Below are positions 39,898 to 49,457 of a DNA stretch of 64,000 bases, piece after piece. The position numbers and the translations under genes were made by a program. Within the stretch, counting starts at the first letter, position 1, and each line of letters begins with the position of its first letter. A model generated the notes under the pieces. The model saw nothing but the letters and a program-made list of their open reading frames with translations. It searched no databases and was not told the DNA's origin. The stretch lies in IMG/VR virus record IMGVR_UViG_3300020182_000007; one strand, 5' to 3'. Origin of the DNA: a virus.

Positions 39898-40842
39898 CTA
39901 ATTTATTTTCGGGTATTTTTTCTTAAATTCCTTATATATATTTTTATAATTACGGGCGCTCATATGATCTTCAGCAGCTTTAAGTAAATCTTCTAAAGAA
40001 GTCCACTCTGTATTAGCTAATTGGTCCTGAGTTGTTGAAACTTGAGCCATTCTGTCTAGAATTGAATCAATTATTTCAGGAGTTAACTTAGTTTCTTTAC
40101 TCGGTTTATCTATACCATCGGCTCTCTTAAGCGTCCACCAATCAACCTTTTTAGGAATGATATATGTTACAATTCCTTTTTCCTGGTCGTTTCCACTGAT
40201 TCTATTAGGTTGGCCTATATTACTGGTGATATTATCTAAATCTAGATTATCATCAAATCCCTTTAGTACTTTTTTAATTTCTGTAGTTAAATCTTTATTT
40301 GCGTTGTCTGGTTCAGATTTAATAACATACATACCTGAACTATCTGAATCATTATATTGTGCTATACTTTTTAATTTTATAAGTACTTTTTTAATCTCTT
40401 TTCTATATTCTCCTGGTTCTAATCCGTTGTTGTATTCCGGAAACGTTTGAGTTGCTTCCCATACGTTAACAATGTTACTATTAGAAAGAGAATCAGCTTC
40501 TTTTAATTCATGAAAGTTATCATCTACTTGTTTTAAGTATTCATATGCTGATGTTATATGCGATTGAATCCATCCAGGTAAGTCTTTTTCAGTAGTTCCT
40601 ACCTTTTGTTGAATGCTTGATAAAGATTTATACATTGCATTTAATTGACCCTGTGCCATTCCAACTTCGTGGTCTCCATCCTCATTTACTGATTCGCGGA
40701 CTCCATATGTTTGCATGTATTGATCTCGAGTAATTCCAAGACTGTTACAATGGTATTCTATAAAATCCATCGCTCCGTAGTTATCATTTGGTATAAACTG
40801 AGTTATGCCCTTAACAAATTTGTTTCCAAAATATTTTGCCAT
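39898..40842 (-). CDS. Putative modular head protein
   Basis: Internal ESVNE-D and LKE-A sites; DHEVGMAQGQL...WIQSHITSAYEYL module; GATATATA upstream. Confidence 0.55.
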   Translation of the reverse strand: MAKYFGNKFVKGITQFIPNDNYGAMDFIEYHCNSLGITRDQYMQTYGVRESVNEDGDHEVGMAQGQLNAMYKSLSSIQQKVGTTEKDLPGWIQSHITSAYEYLKQVDDNFHELKEADSLSNSNIVNVWEATQTFPEYNNGLEPGEYRKEIKKVLIKLKSIAQYNDSDSSGMYVIKSEPDNANKDLTTEIKKVLKGFDDNLDLDNITSNIGQPNRISGNDQEKGIVTYIIPKKVDWWTLKRADGIDKPSKETKLTPEIIDSILDRMAQVSTTQDQLANTEWTSLEDLLKAAEDHMSARNYKNIYKEFKKKYPKIN

Positions 40843-40868
40843 CTTATATTTAATATTATTTAATTACT

Positions 40869-41348
40869 TTATATATCTAATTGATTTTGAACCTTAGCCC
40901 AATACTTTTCAGTTCTTTTATTTTTTAAACCTCTTGGACCACCATTCCAACAACGAGCTATTTCTTCAAAACCGCCTTCCGGATGATGGTAGTTTTTCCA
41001 AAATAAAAACATTTCAATTGAGCTCTGTCTATCAAATCTATCTTTTAATTTATATCGTTGAGTTGAACCCATTTTTTTTAAAATACGATTTACTTCTCTA
41101 ACCATAACAGGTCTTATTTGTAATACACCAACTGAGGGTTCACCGAGATGTATATCTCCAACTGCAGAATCATTACCTCTAGATTCTACATATATTAATG
41201 CATTTATTAAATCTTTTTCTAGAAGTGGCTGTATTTGCTCGACAGTATCTATGCATTCTGTTTCATAGATAGGTAAAATATCGTTTAATTCGGTACTATT
41301 CATTAACATAGAAGGAAGAAACAATGTCATCATTACAATTCTTTTCAT
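40869..41348 (-). CDS. Lysozyme-like / lytic transglycosylase with N-terminal hydrophobic segment
   Basis: ALIYVES (catalytic Glu), GVLQI, WNGGP. Confidence 0.82.
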   Translation of the reverse strand: MKRIVMMTLFLPSMLMNSTELNDILPIYETECIDTVEQIQPLLEKDLINALIYVESRGNDSAVGDIHLGEPSVGVLQIRPVMVREVNRILKKMGSTQRYKLKDRFDRQSSIEMFLFWKNYHHPEGGFEEIARCWNGGPRGLKNKRTEKYWAKVQNQLDI

Positions 41349-41445
41349 AATATTACGTTAGGTTATAATTAATATATTTAAATGTTGATTTTTTACATAG
41401 CTTATATGAGTAATTTAACAGATGTTTCAAATTTGATTGCTTTAA

Positions 41446-41510
41446 CTATAGTACTAATATAAACAAAAAGATTGACATAAAAAAATATAGAGTGATTTAT
41501 TTTGCAAAAA
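41446..41510 (-). promoter_or_regulatory. Early-type promoter repeat copy
   Basis: Reverse complement contains TTTATATTAGTACTATA and TTTTTATGTCAAT as in the island copies. Confidence 0.6.
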
Positions 41511-41562
41511 AAAATGCAGCTGTTAGGCTGCATTAAGTTTTATATTAAGTTAAGAATAAGAT

Positions 41563-41964
41563 CTAGTATACCATATTAAAATTAGTCTTTAATTCATCGG
41601 CTTCACTAGATTCGTGGTCTTCAACTCCGAAATCAGTCAGCAGCATAGTATACAAGCTGTTCCAATCTTCGTTATCTGCAAAATTATCTAAATGCTTTTG
41701 ATTAGATTTAATATATTTCTTTAAATCGCTTCTTAAGCCTTCAGCAACTACTGATTCATCAAGCCCTAATGCTTTTATTGCAGATGCATGTTCTTTTGAG
41801 GAAACAAAAACAAATGCCTGTCCTTTTTGATTCCAATCAATTTTAGAATCTCTAAGTACATCCATAGCTTTACTTAAATCCATCATATCTGTTATACCCG
41901 CATCTTTAAATGAGAGCATTTTAGCTTCGTTTATAAATTGTTCAAATAATTTAATATGTTTCAT
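41563..41964 (-). CDS. Putative internal head protein, two modules
   Basis: Leader MKHIKLFEQFINE-A; internal ESVVAE-G linker. Confidence 0.7.
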   Translation of the reverse strand: MKHIKLFEQFINEAKMLSFKDAGITDMMDLSKAMDVLRDSKIDWNQKGQAFVFVSSKEHASAIKALGLDESVVAEGLRSDLKKYIKSNQKHLDNFADNEDWNSLYTMLLTDFGVEDHESSEADELKTNFNMVY

Positions 41965-41977
41965 GATTTATCTTTAT

Positions 41978-42253
41978 TTACATTACTTCTTTTACGTCAA
42001 TGTCGTAGATTTTCTTGAGTTGTTTAATAAACTCCATTTCACCTATCTTTTGGAGTAGTTCACGATTTTGCTTTCCGTTAGTCCAAAAAACCTCATGATT
42101 ATCAACTTCGGTAGTTGAACCAAATCTTTTACCACCTTTGTCTATTAACTCAACCTGATCTCCGTCAATAACATCTTTAAAGTCTTGCTTTTTCATACCC
42201 TTTGGTATAGTTGCTTCGTTTAAAAATTGTTCAAATAATTTAATGTATTTCAT
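41978..42253 (-). CDS. Putative internal head protein
   Basis: Leader MKYIKLFEQFLNE-A. Confidence 0.7.
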   Translation of the reverse strand: MKYIKLFEQFLNEATIPKGMKKQDFKDVIDGDQVELIDKGGKRFGSTTEVDNHEVFWTNGKQNRELLQKIGEMEFIKQLKKIYDIDVKEVM

Positions 42254-42267
42254 TTTATATTCAATAT

Positions 42268-44175
42268 TTATTGAATTTTAGTAACTTTACTTTCATTTAC
42301 TTCTGAAGCAAATTCTTCGTATACAGTACCTTTAACTTCTTCTGCATCTTTAAATGCTTTAGCAGATTGCTTTATTTTCTTAATAAATTCCTCAATAGTT
42401 TTCATATCGGCTGGTTTATAATCATCACCAGCATCGTGCTTACCAACCATATAATCAACTGAGTTTTTCAATTCCCACATTGCATTTAATTGTTTTGGTA
42501 ATCTAAAGAATTTAGCTTCAGTAACTACTGATTCATTTTCTACAGTATCACTAGCCATTCTAGAAAATGCTTCAAAAACAATAGTAACATCCTTTACCTT
42601 TAAATCATCTTTAACTAATTCGCCAATCTTATTGTATAAATCTGTTAATTCATCTTCAGTGTGGTGTTTATAACCTTTCTTTAGGGTAATATTAGTTCCG
42701 GAATGTTTTGCCATAAAATCATCTTTAGCTTCAGTAACTACTGATTCATTTAAGTTTTTCTTTAAGAATGCTGTTAAGTCTTTATGAATTTTTTGTGAAT
42801 CTGATGCCTTTATTACACCGCGTTCTTCTAAAAAATTTAATATCTCATTACTAAGAGTTACCTCTTTAATAGCTTCAGTAACTACTGATTCTTTTAAGTT
42901 TTTAATAGTCTTTATAATAGTCTTAACATCATCATCTATATTACCATAAACTGGTGATACATTCGTTTTACGATTCCATGTTGCCATGTTAACTACTGAA
43001 CCATCATCATTGATATTATATGAACCTCCAGCGTATTCTCCAGTTATTCTAGGATCTACATCGTCTTGATCTTCAATATCTAAATCAAATGAATCTTCTT
43101 CATAATCAGAACTAACAGTATATTTCATACCATCTAATTTCGTAAGAGCATCTGCAAATTTCTGTGCAACTTTTAGAGTTTCCTTTTTAGAAAGACCAGC
43201 AGGTTTAGCTTCATCTAATCCTTGTTCTTTATTTTGTTCTGTAGCATAAGCTTCAGCTTCTTCCTCAGTTTTAAAACATTCTACTCTAACATCTCCTTCC
43301 CAAACAGCCCATGGAGTTCCTTCTTCATCACATGGCTTAACAATATATTTATCGTTCGGGTCATCGGTATGATGTTCGCTAGTTCCTTTAATTTTTTCTA
43401 TTAAAGAATCCCATGATATCTTACCTTCAGCTACTTCTTTAGCTCCATCTTCACCATCAACCAACTCATCTTCAACTTCTTCAGTCTCTTCAGATCTGTC
43501 TTTAGCCTTAACGTATTTTTTACCATCAGCATCTTTAACTTCTGGTGTAGTATCTTCTAGATCGCTTTCTAGCTCTTCAGCTGGAAGGTTAAGATCACCT
43601 TCAGCTACTTCTTTAGCTCCATCTTCACCATCAACTAGATCATCTTCAACTTCTTCAGTCTCTTCAGATCTGTCTTTAGCCTTAACGTATTTTTTACCGT
43701 CAGCGTCAACTACTTCTGGTGTAGTATCTTCTAGATCGCTTTCTAGCTCTTCAGCTGGAAGGTTAAGATCACCTTCAGCTACTTCTTTAGCTCCATCTTC
43801 GCCATCAACCAACTCATCTTCAACTTCTTCAGTCTCTTCAGATCTGTCTTCAGCCTTAACGTATTTTTTACCATCAGCATCTTTAACTTCTGGTGTAGTA
43901 TCTTCTAGATCGCTTTCTAGCTCTTCAGCTGGAAGGTTAAGATCACTTTCGAAAGCGACAGCTGCTGTTGTTAATGCAACCATAGCATTTATTTTACCTG
44001 TTGTAAAAAAAGTAAGTGCTTCATTTAGGGAAAGAGGTGTATTAACACCTTCTAGCATTTTTTCAATCCTGTTAGTGTTCTTAGTCTCTACAAGATTAAG
44101 AGCCTCTTTAATCACATCGGCGCTATACGTCGGCGAAGAATCCTCTTTTCTATTATTAAAATTGATAAAACTCAT
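42268..44175 (-). CDS. Acidic putative head/scaffold polyprotein (start revised to MSFINF at 44175)
   Basis: Three 58-aa acidic repeats ending EVAE-G, three ESVVTE-A linkers; GATATATA 27 nt upstream of the ATG at 44175. Confidence 0.7.
   Translation of the reverse strand: MSFINFNNRKEDSSPTYSADVIKEALNLVETKNTNRIEKMLEGVNTPLSLNEALTFFTTGKINAMVALTTAAVAFESDLNLPAEELESDLEDTTPEVKDADGKKYVKAEDRSEETEEVEDELVDGEDGAKEVAEGDLNLPAEELESDLEDTTPEVVDADGKKYVKAKDRSEETEEVEDDLVDGEDGAKEVAEGDLNLPAEELESDLEDTTPEVKDADGKKYVKAKDRSEETEEVEDELVDGEDGAKEVAEGKISWDSLIEKIKGTSEHHTDDPNDKYIVKPCDEEGTPWAVWEGDVRVECFKTEEEAEAYATEQNKEQGLDEAKPAGLSKKETLKVAQKFADALTKLDGMKYTVSSDYEEDSFDLDIEDQDDVDPRITGEYAGGSYNINDDGSVVNMATWNRKTNVSPVYGNIDDDVKTIIKTIKNLKESVVTEAIKEVTLSNEILNFLEERGVIKASDSQKIHKDLTAFLKKNLNESVVTEAKDDFMAKHSGTNITLKKGYKHHTEDELTDLYNKIGELVKDDLKVKDVTIVFEAFSRMASDTVENESVVTEAKFFRLPKQLNAMWELKNSVDYMVGKHDAGDDYKPADMKTIEEFIKKIKQSAKAFKDAEEVKGTVYEEFASEVNESKVTKIQ
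43424..43946 (-). repeat. 174-bp tandem coding repeat x3
   Basis: Encodes GDLNLPAEELESDLEDTTPEVKDADGKKYVKAKDRSEETEEVEDELVDGEDGAKEVAE. Confidence 0.92.
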
Positions 44176-44209
44176 TTGTTGTTTGTTTTTTATTATCTTT
44201 ATTATATAT

Positions 44210-44695
44210 CTAGTTAATACCTGTTGTCTTTTTAATTGCATCTATAAATACATCAGCAGGAACTCTATGTCCTCCAGTGTATTTAGAGTACTTAAAGGTA
44301 CCTACTCCTTCAGTTTCTAAGTATTTTTTAACTGCATATCTATCAATAATTTTGTCAGATTTACCAAAATAAACTGAATTTTTTGTTCCTGTTGAACCAA
44401 TAGAGTCATCGGTATTAGGCTCGAATGTTCTACCAACAACTGCTGGATTAAATAAGAGTGTTGGTATTGATAGTTTAGAACCTATTAAATAAGAAATATA
44501 TCCGCCCATTGAAGAACCCACGATGATATCAGGTTTCATTTTACTAATATCATTTAATAATCTACTAAAGGTTGAATTATCCTTGTAATTTATCGAAGGA
44601 GTATATACTTCATCAAAATTATCGTTTAAAAATATTATTTTAGGATCTTTGGGATCAATTGAGGACTCTAGTCCATGTAAATATGCTATCTTCAT
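44210..44695 (-). CDS. YqiA/YcfP-like alpha/beta hydrolase
   Basis: YLHGLES, GSSMGG nucleophile elbow, LLFNPA, GGH. Confidence 0.88.
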   Translation of the reverse strand: MKIAYLHGLESSIDPKDPKIIFLNDNFDEVYTPSINYKDNSTFSRLLNDISKMKPDIIVGSSMGGYISYLIGSKLSIPTLLFNPAVVGRTFEPNTDDSIGSTGTKNSVYFGKSDKIIDRYAVKKYLETEGVGTFKYSKYTGGHRVPADVFIDAIKKTTGIN

Positions 44696-44708
44696 TATCT
44701 GTTATTAT

Positions 44709-44784
44709 TATATAGTATAAATATAAACAATTTAATTGATATAAAAAACTGTTTAGTGATTTAATTTTATAAAGTTGTTAACAA
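44709..44784 (-). promoter_or_regulatory. Early-type promoter repeat copy
   Basis: TTGTTAACAACTT...TTGTTTATATTTATACTATA on the minus strand, upstream of 44695. Confidence 0.7.
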
Positions 44785-44790
44785 TTTACT

Positions 44791-45387
44791 TTATACTTTA
44801 GGTCTTCCTAGTAGTATTTTATCATGTAAAGAACCTCCAAGCTTTCTTGAATACCAGCCAGCACCTGAAGTTCCATCATCTTTTTTACCAATCCATTTAA
44901 CTTTCTTACCCAATACACTTTCAACTACTTCATGTTCTGAAACAACAGGTACGTCATATGAGTCCATTAAGATGTCTGCTAGTTTACCTGAAACTTCAAT
45001 ATAATATCCCAGATTATTTAATTCCTTTCCACGTTCTCCTATGTATTTTCTTTTAGCATCTCGCGTTCCATCATGCCCAACTCCTGAGTATTTAATACCG
45101 AATCTTGTTTTCTTACCAAACATTATAATATCGAAGTCATTATCACCATGTATATCGATGCCCTCCCAGTAATTCCATTCTGGATCAGCGAATACATCTT
45201 CTGGCGATTTAATTTTAGCATGGCCTCCAATTACAGAGTACGCTGTAGATATTAAATCAAAAAATTCACCCGCTAATTCTGGATGTTTCTTATGATCAAA
45301 CTTGACTTTCTTATTACGCTTTGGATTAAATATATCTCCGCTAGATTCTTCACTAATGAAATCTTCAAATAATTTTACTTTTTTCAT
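44791..45387 (-). CDS. Putative internal head protein
   Basis: Leader MKKVKLFEDFISE-E. Confidence 0.7.
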   Translation of the reverse strand: MKKVKLFEDFISEESSGDIFNPKRNKKVKFDHKKHPELAGEFFDLISTAYSVIGGHAKIKSPEDVFADPEWNYWEGIDIHGDNDFDIIMFGKKTRFGIKYSGVGHDGTRDAKRKYIGERGKELNNLGYYIEVSGKLADILMDSYDVPVVSEHEVVESVLGKKVKWIGKKDDGTSGAGWYSRKLGGSLHDKILLGRPKV

Positions 45388-45451
45388 TTTAATTTATTTC
45401 TATTTATTTATAAAAAAAGGGTACCCCATTTGGGATACCCTAATACCGCGG

Positions 45452-45637
45452 TTAAGCTGGACCACCTACTCCGAAATACCAATGTGCATCTTCGCCTGTT
45501 GTGTCTAGAAGTTCTTCTAGATTTACGATGTATTGTGCTTTCTTCTCGTAAACTTTCGTTTCTTCTATTCCAATAGGCTCCGTCGCAATTTGCTTTTCTT
45601 CGATTGTGATTTTGCCTTCTGAAATAGGTTCTTTCAT
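45452..45637 (-). CDS. Small acidic hypothetical protein
   Basis: 61 aa; GATATATA motif upstream. Confidence 0.45.
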   Translation of the reverse strand: MKEPISEGKITIEEKQIATEPIGIEETKVYEKKAQYIVNLEELLDTTGEDAHWYFGVGGPA

Positions 45638-45704
45638 TGTTTTTAGTTAGCTTTTTTTGAGGTTATGCGTGAACGTACATGATTTCACATACTATATATC
45701 TAAT

Positions 45705-46025
45705 TTAACTAACGTTACCCTGTTTATTTGATAAACTCAGTGTCTTCTTTGTTTTTGGTTTTTTATAAAGAGTTCTTATTTTATCTCCGTTGTCATCTAG
45801 TTCATCGATTAAATCCCATTCGACGCTGTGCATCTTTTCAATCTTTTTAGCCTCTTTTTTTGCATCTGAGAGCAATCCTGCACGGATTAGATATGTCTCA
45901 CTTGATGTACTTATGAATTTATAAGTCTTATGTCCAGGTACTGTGTTTTTTGACATGTTAGACATAGAAGACACTACTAAAATAACAGCAATCGAAGACA
46001 TTATAAGTATTAATACTGCTTCCAT
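45705..46025 (-). CDS. N-terminally membrane-anchored protein
   Basis: Hydrophobic first 20 residues, basic tail. Confidence 0.6.
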   Translation of the reverse strand: MEAVLILIMSSIAVILVVSSMSNMSKNTVPGHKTYKFISTSSETYLIRAGLLSDAKKEAKKIEKMHSVEWDLIDELDDNGDKIRTLYKKPKTKKTLSLSNKQGNVS

Positions 46026-46028
46026 TTT

Positions 46029-46238
46029 TTATTCTTTAGAATTATTGTTTGAGCCTTTAAAGAGAATTGAAGACAATACATTAATTCCCAGCGCTTGCCA
46101 GAATCCAATTGGGTTAACTCCATTTACAGCATTCAGTAGAAAATTGTTCCATAACCACTGTGTTGGTAATGCCATTATTAGAGATATTGCAGATAGTGCT
46201 ATTATTGCTAGCAAGAATTTTTTAAATATACTTTCCAT
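46029..46238 (-). CDS. Small two-TM membrane protein
   Basis: LPTQWLWN...IGFWQALG...LF pattern. Confidence 0.7.
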   Translation of the reverse strand: MESIFKKFLLAIIALSAISLIMALPTQWLWNNFLLNAVNGVNPIGFWQALGINVLSSILFKGSNNNSKE

Positions 46239-46278
46239 AATTTATATTGTTTGTATTATAGAACTTATATTTACGTTT

Positions 46279-46446
46279 TTATTTTTGTTTCAATAAAAAT
46301 TCGATGATTCGGGCATGTGAAGAGTATACTGCAATATGTTGGCTATTTAGTTTGCCTCCTTCTTTAATAGTGTTTACCATAGATATAAAGAAATGATATG
46401 GTACTTCTCCAACATCTACATAATGTTTCCATTCCTCTGAATTCAT
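46279..46446 (-). CDS. Hypothetical protein (55 aa, not in ORF track)
   Basis: MNSEEWKHYVDVGEVPYHFFISMVNTIKEGGKLNSQHIAVYSSHARIIEFLLKQK fills the gap directly after the stop of 46448..48055. Confidence 0.55.
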   Translation of the reverse strand: MNSEEWKHYVDVGEVPYHFFISMVNTIKEGGKLNSQHIAVYSSHARIIEFLLKQK

Positions 46447-46447
46447 G

Positions 46448-48055
46448 CTACTTCATTGATATGCCTAGACCCTTTGTAATCCAAGAATCTACTCCATTTA
46501 ATCCTTTAATTTCAAATTCAGATGTTTTCATAGATTTCATTGTGAATATTAAAGATCCTTTTTTAATGTTCATATCTAGATATAATTGTTTAGCTGAAAA
46601 TGCCATGTTAATTAATCCAGACATAGTTTCACCAAATTCTTTGTTTAATAATGGAACTAACTCTTTAGTTGATCCATAAATTACCGTACCTACTAACACA
46701 TCGTATATTGGAGCTTTATCTATTTTTAATATCTCATCTAATACTTTAACAGCTTCTTCTTCGTTTTTAGTAGACAAAAACTTTGCAGTCATTTTTGCTC
46801 CTGCTGATGATTTTTCTCCAGAGTTACCTTTTAAACCTCCAACCATTTTAGAAAAAGAGTTTAAAGTTGCGTGGAGTTTTTTATCCTTTTTTAATTGAAC
46901 AAACGAATGAATAATATCGTCCCTTCCGATATTTTGAGTTGGCATTCCACTTTGTGAAGCCCAATAGTTCCAAGATTTTATCTTAAAATTATTTAATAGA
47001 GTTACAGTACTACTAAACGTACCTGAACCTCTAGTTCTTTTACAATATCTTGTATTACTAGCTTCGCTCTGTTTAGCTAAAATAACTTTGCTAAAGTTTT
47101 CAATGAAGTTAGCCTCTTTTTTATTAAGCTTCCAGTCTTTCATTTCTATAGCGTCATTCAGTTTATTCAAGTAACCTGACGCTGAGGGAGTTGCTCCTTT
47201 TTTACCAGCCTTTGAAGAAACATCCATTTTATCAAATCTAAAATCGACAACAGCTTCATTAGATGCTTCAGGAAATAACAGACCAGCTCCATGTTTATCA
47301 GTTAGATTAAACATTAATATACCTCCTAGGACTTCTCCAAAATCTTTAGCAATATTTAATACTGATACTCTATCAATAATATCTGTATATTTTGAGAAAT
47401 CATGTGTAATTGTATAAGAAGTGTTTTTGTTTGCTAAATCCTTAGCCTCTTTGACAGTTGTTGTTTTGAAATTATTAACAACATCAATTAATTCATTCAT
47501 GAATGCAACGCAATCCTGATCATTAATTTTAGCCTTTATAGATTGTTTAGTAGCATCTATTGCCTGTAATTTCGTCGGATATTGAATATCGGTAATTTCA
47601 AGTTTATTCGGAGTTGTATCTTTATCGCCGATAGCGGCTACAGTGTCTCCCGAAGTTGTTGATGAAGTTTTTCTTGCGTTAATTATATAGTAAGTTTCTC
47701 CAGATTCTAGGGTTTTTCCAAACCAATTACAATTAGTGTTCATTGTAATTTCCCAAGAATCGAAACTACCAGAAGCATTTGAAGTTTTAAGATATCCACC
47801 ATAATATTCGGCTTTAACTCCGTTTAGTTCTAAGAATTTCTCAATTTCTTCCTCAGGATTATCACCTATAAAATAAGCTCTCATGATTTCTCCAGTTCCG
47901 CTTGGATTAATCCATCTTCCTCCTTTACCTTCAGGATATAGATTAAAATAAGCTTTTTTCATTGTTTCTTTCCAAACCACTTTTTTAGCCTCATTGATGG
48001 CTTTCTTATCCATTGCCATTTCAAATCTAGTTCTGATGTCGTTAAATGTACTCAT
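46448..48055 (-). CDS. Hypothetical protein, possible PD-(D/E)xK nuclease-like fold
   Basis: DFGEVL...PEASNEAVVDF...VSSKAG pattern; N-terminal INE-A site. Confidence 0.5.
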   Translation of the reverse strand: MSTFNDIRTRFEMAMDKKAINEAKKVVWKETMKKAYFNLYPEGKGGRWINPSGTGEIMRAYFIGDNPEEEIEKFLELNGVKAEYYGGYLKTSNASGSFDSWEITMNTNCNWFGKTLESGETYYIINARKTSSTTSGDTVAAIGDKDTTPNKLEITDIQYPTKLQAIDATKQSIKAKINDQDCVAFMNELIDVVNNFKTTTVKEAKDLANKNTSYTITHDFSKYTDIIDRVSVLNIAKDFGEVLGGILMFNLTDKHGAGLLFPEASNEAVVDFRFDKMDVSSKAGKKGATPSASGYLNKLNDAIEMKDWKLNKKEANFIENFSKVILAKQSEASNTRYCKRTRGSGTFSSTVTLLNNFKIKSWNYWASQSGMPTQNIGRDDIIHSFVQLKKDKKLHATLNSFSKMVGGLKGNSGEKSSAGAKMTAKFLSTKNEEEAVKVLDEILKIDKAPIYDVLVGTVIYGSTKELVPLLNKEFGETMSGLINMAFSAKQLYLDMNIKKGSLIFTMKSMKTSEFEIKGLNGVDSWITKGLGISMK

Positions 48056-48059
48056 GTTC

Positions 48060-48623
48060 TTACTTTTTAGCTAGATGGGTCTTCAGATTAACTCCTAATT
48101 CCTTCTCTAGTTGTTTTATTAATTTTATGTTGTTTTTATCATCATCGAAGAAAGTGATATCAGTGTATCCCTGTTCAATGAACCATTTCATTGCATCTTG
48201 TTTTCTTTCTTGTATATTTCCCTTTAGGCCATGTACTGGGTCGTTAACTGCCCAAATTAATTTCTTATCAATATGAAATCCTACATGATACCTTAGCCAT
48301 TCATAAATCATATTTTGATCATCACGTGCTGTTATTACTCCGATAGCAATTCCTTTATTATAATTCTTTTTAAGAATACTAAAATACTTGTCGATTAACT
48401 TTCCAGCCTTCATAATCTCTAAAGATTTGAATTGGTCAAAATTAATTATATGCTTTGGATTTTTCTCATAATCATTAAATTCTTCTGGAGTTAGTGAGAA
48501 AGTTTTACCGGTTTTAGAGTCGGTTACTATGATTTTTGCGCTTCCGATAAAAATAGTGTCATCGATGTCGAAAATTAAGATTTTATCAGTTGTGTATTTT
48601 TCTTTTAGCATGCTCGTAATCAA
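48060..48623 (-). CDS. HAD-superfamily phosphatase (polynucleotide phosphatase-like)
   Basis: IFDIDDT, ITAR, K, FFDDD. Confidence 0.8.
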   Translation of the reverse strand: MITSMLKEKYTTDKILIFDIDDTIFIGSAKIIVTDSKTGKTFSLTPEEFNDYEKNPKHIINFDQFKSLEIMKAGKLIDKYFSILKKNYNKGIAIGVITARDDQNMIYEWLRYHVGFHIDKKLIWAVNDPVHGLKGNIQERKQDAMKWFIEQGYTDITFFDDDKNNIKLIKQLEKELGVNLKTHLAKK

Positions 48624-48653
48624 TATTTTTTACTATTTATTATATATCGAATT

Positions 48654-49457
48654 CTATAATTGTTTATGTTTACATTTTTCAAAGTGATATCTGGTCATTA
48701 ATGTTGCTCCTCCAACTTTACCACAGTGTGGACATGTTACTTTTACCTGAGTACGTCCATGCATACCCTTACTTATGTTGAGTTTATGTTCTTCAGATAA
48801 TTTAACTCCTTTCTTCAAGGCTGATGTTTTAGGCCTCTTTTTACCTTTATTGGCATTAGATATATTCTTAGATGTCTGTGCCTTTAACTTATCTCTCGTA
48901 CCAAATAGCTCAAAGTTCGAGAATAATATCCAACCCTTATATATGTTATAAGATCCTCGTACAACATAACCAAACATCGAAGCTCCAGTACCCCCAACCC
49001 TTTGATTCATCTCATGTTGAGTCGCCTTCCGATATTCTCTAGTATCTATATTGTAGAATTCATATATTGTTTGATTAGCACGTGGATTTTTAAGACCACC
49101 TAATGAGCCCTCTTTAGTTTGTCTATATTCTTTCATAAACTTAGAGTTCTTTACATAGGCTTCATCAGAGATATACCCGCCATTAGCGTTTCGACATACA
49201 TTATATGCAATTGGATCCTGATCTAATTTATAGAGTGATAGAAATCTACCTTCGAATTCGAAAGCATCCTCTCTTGTATTGAATAGCCTTAGAATCTTTC
49301 CTTCGAATGATTCTTTACCATATTTTTTATAAGCTCTTTTGAGTACTTTACCAGAACCTTCATATCCATCAGATATGCCTGAACCATAATAATAGCGTCC
49401 ATTTGCTTTGTTGGTAATTACGTAAAAATAGGGTTGGTTTGTTGGGTTATTGATCAT
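48654..49457 (-). mobile_element. Free-standing GIY-YIG homing endonuclease with NUMOD3-like motif and C-terminal Zn finger
   Basis: YFYVITN...YYYGS, YEGSG..LKRAYKKYG, YNV, LSEEHKLNIS, CPHCGK...HFEKC; flanked by a 19-bp direct repeat. Confidence 0.88.

Noticed and set aside
44176-44241. N-terminal extension of the 657-aa ORF call
   Set aside because: It overlaps the upstream hydrolase gene and the putative late promoter; the ATG at 44175 with an A-rich leader is the better start.
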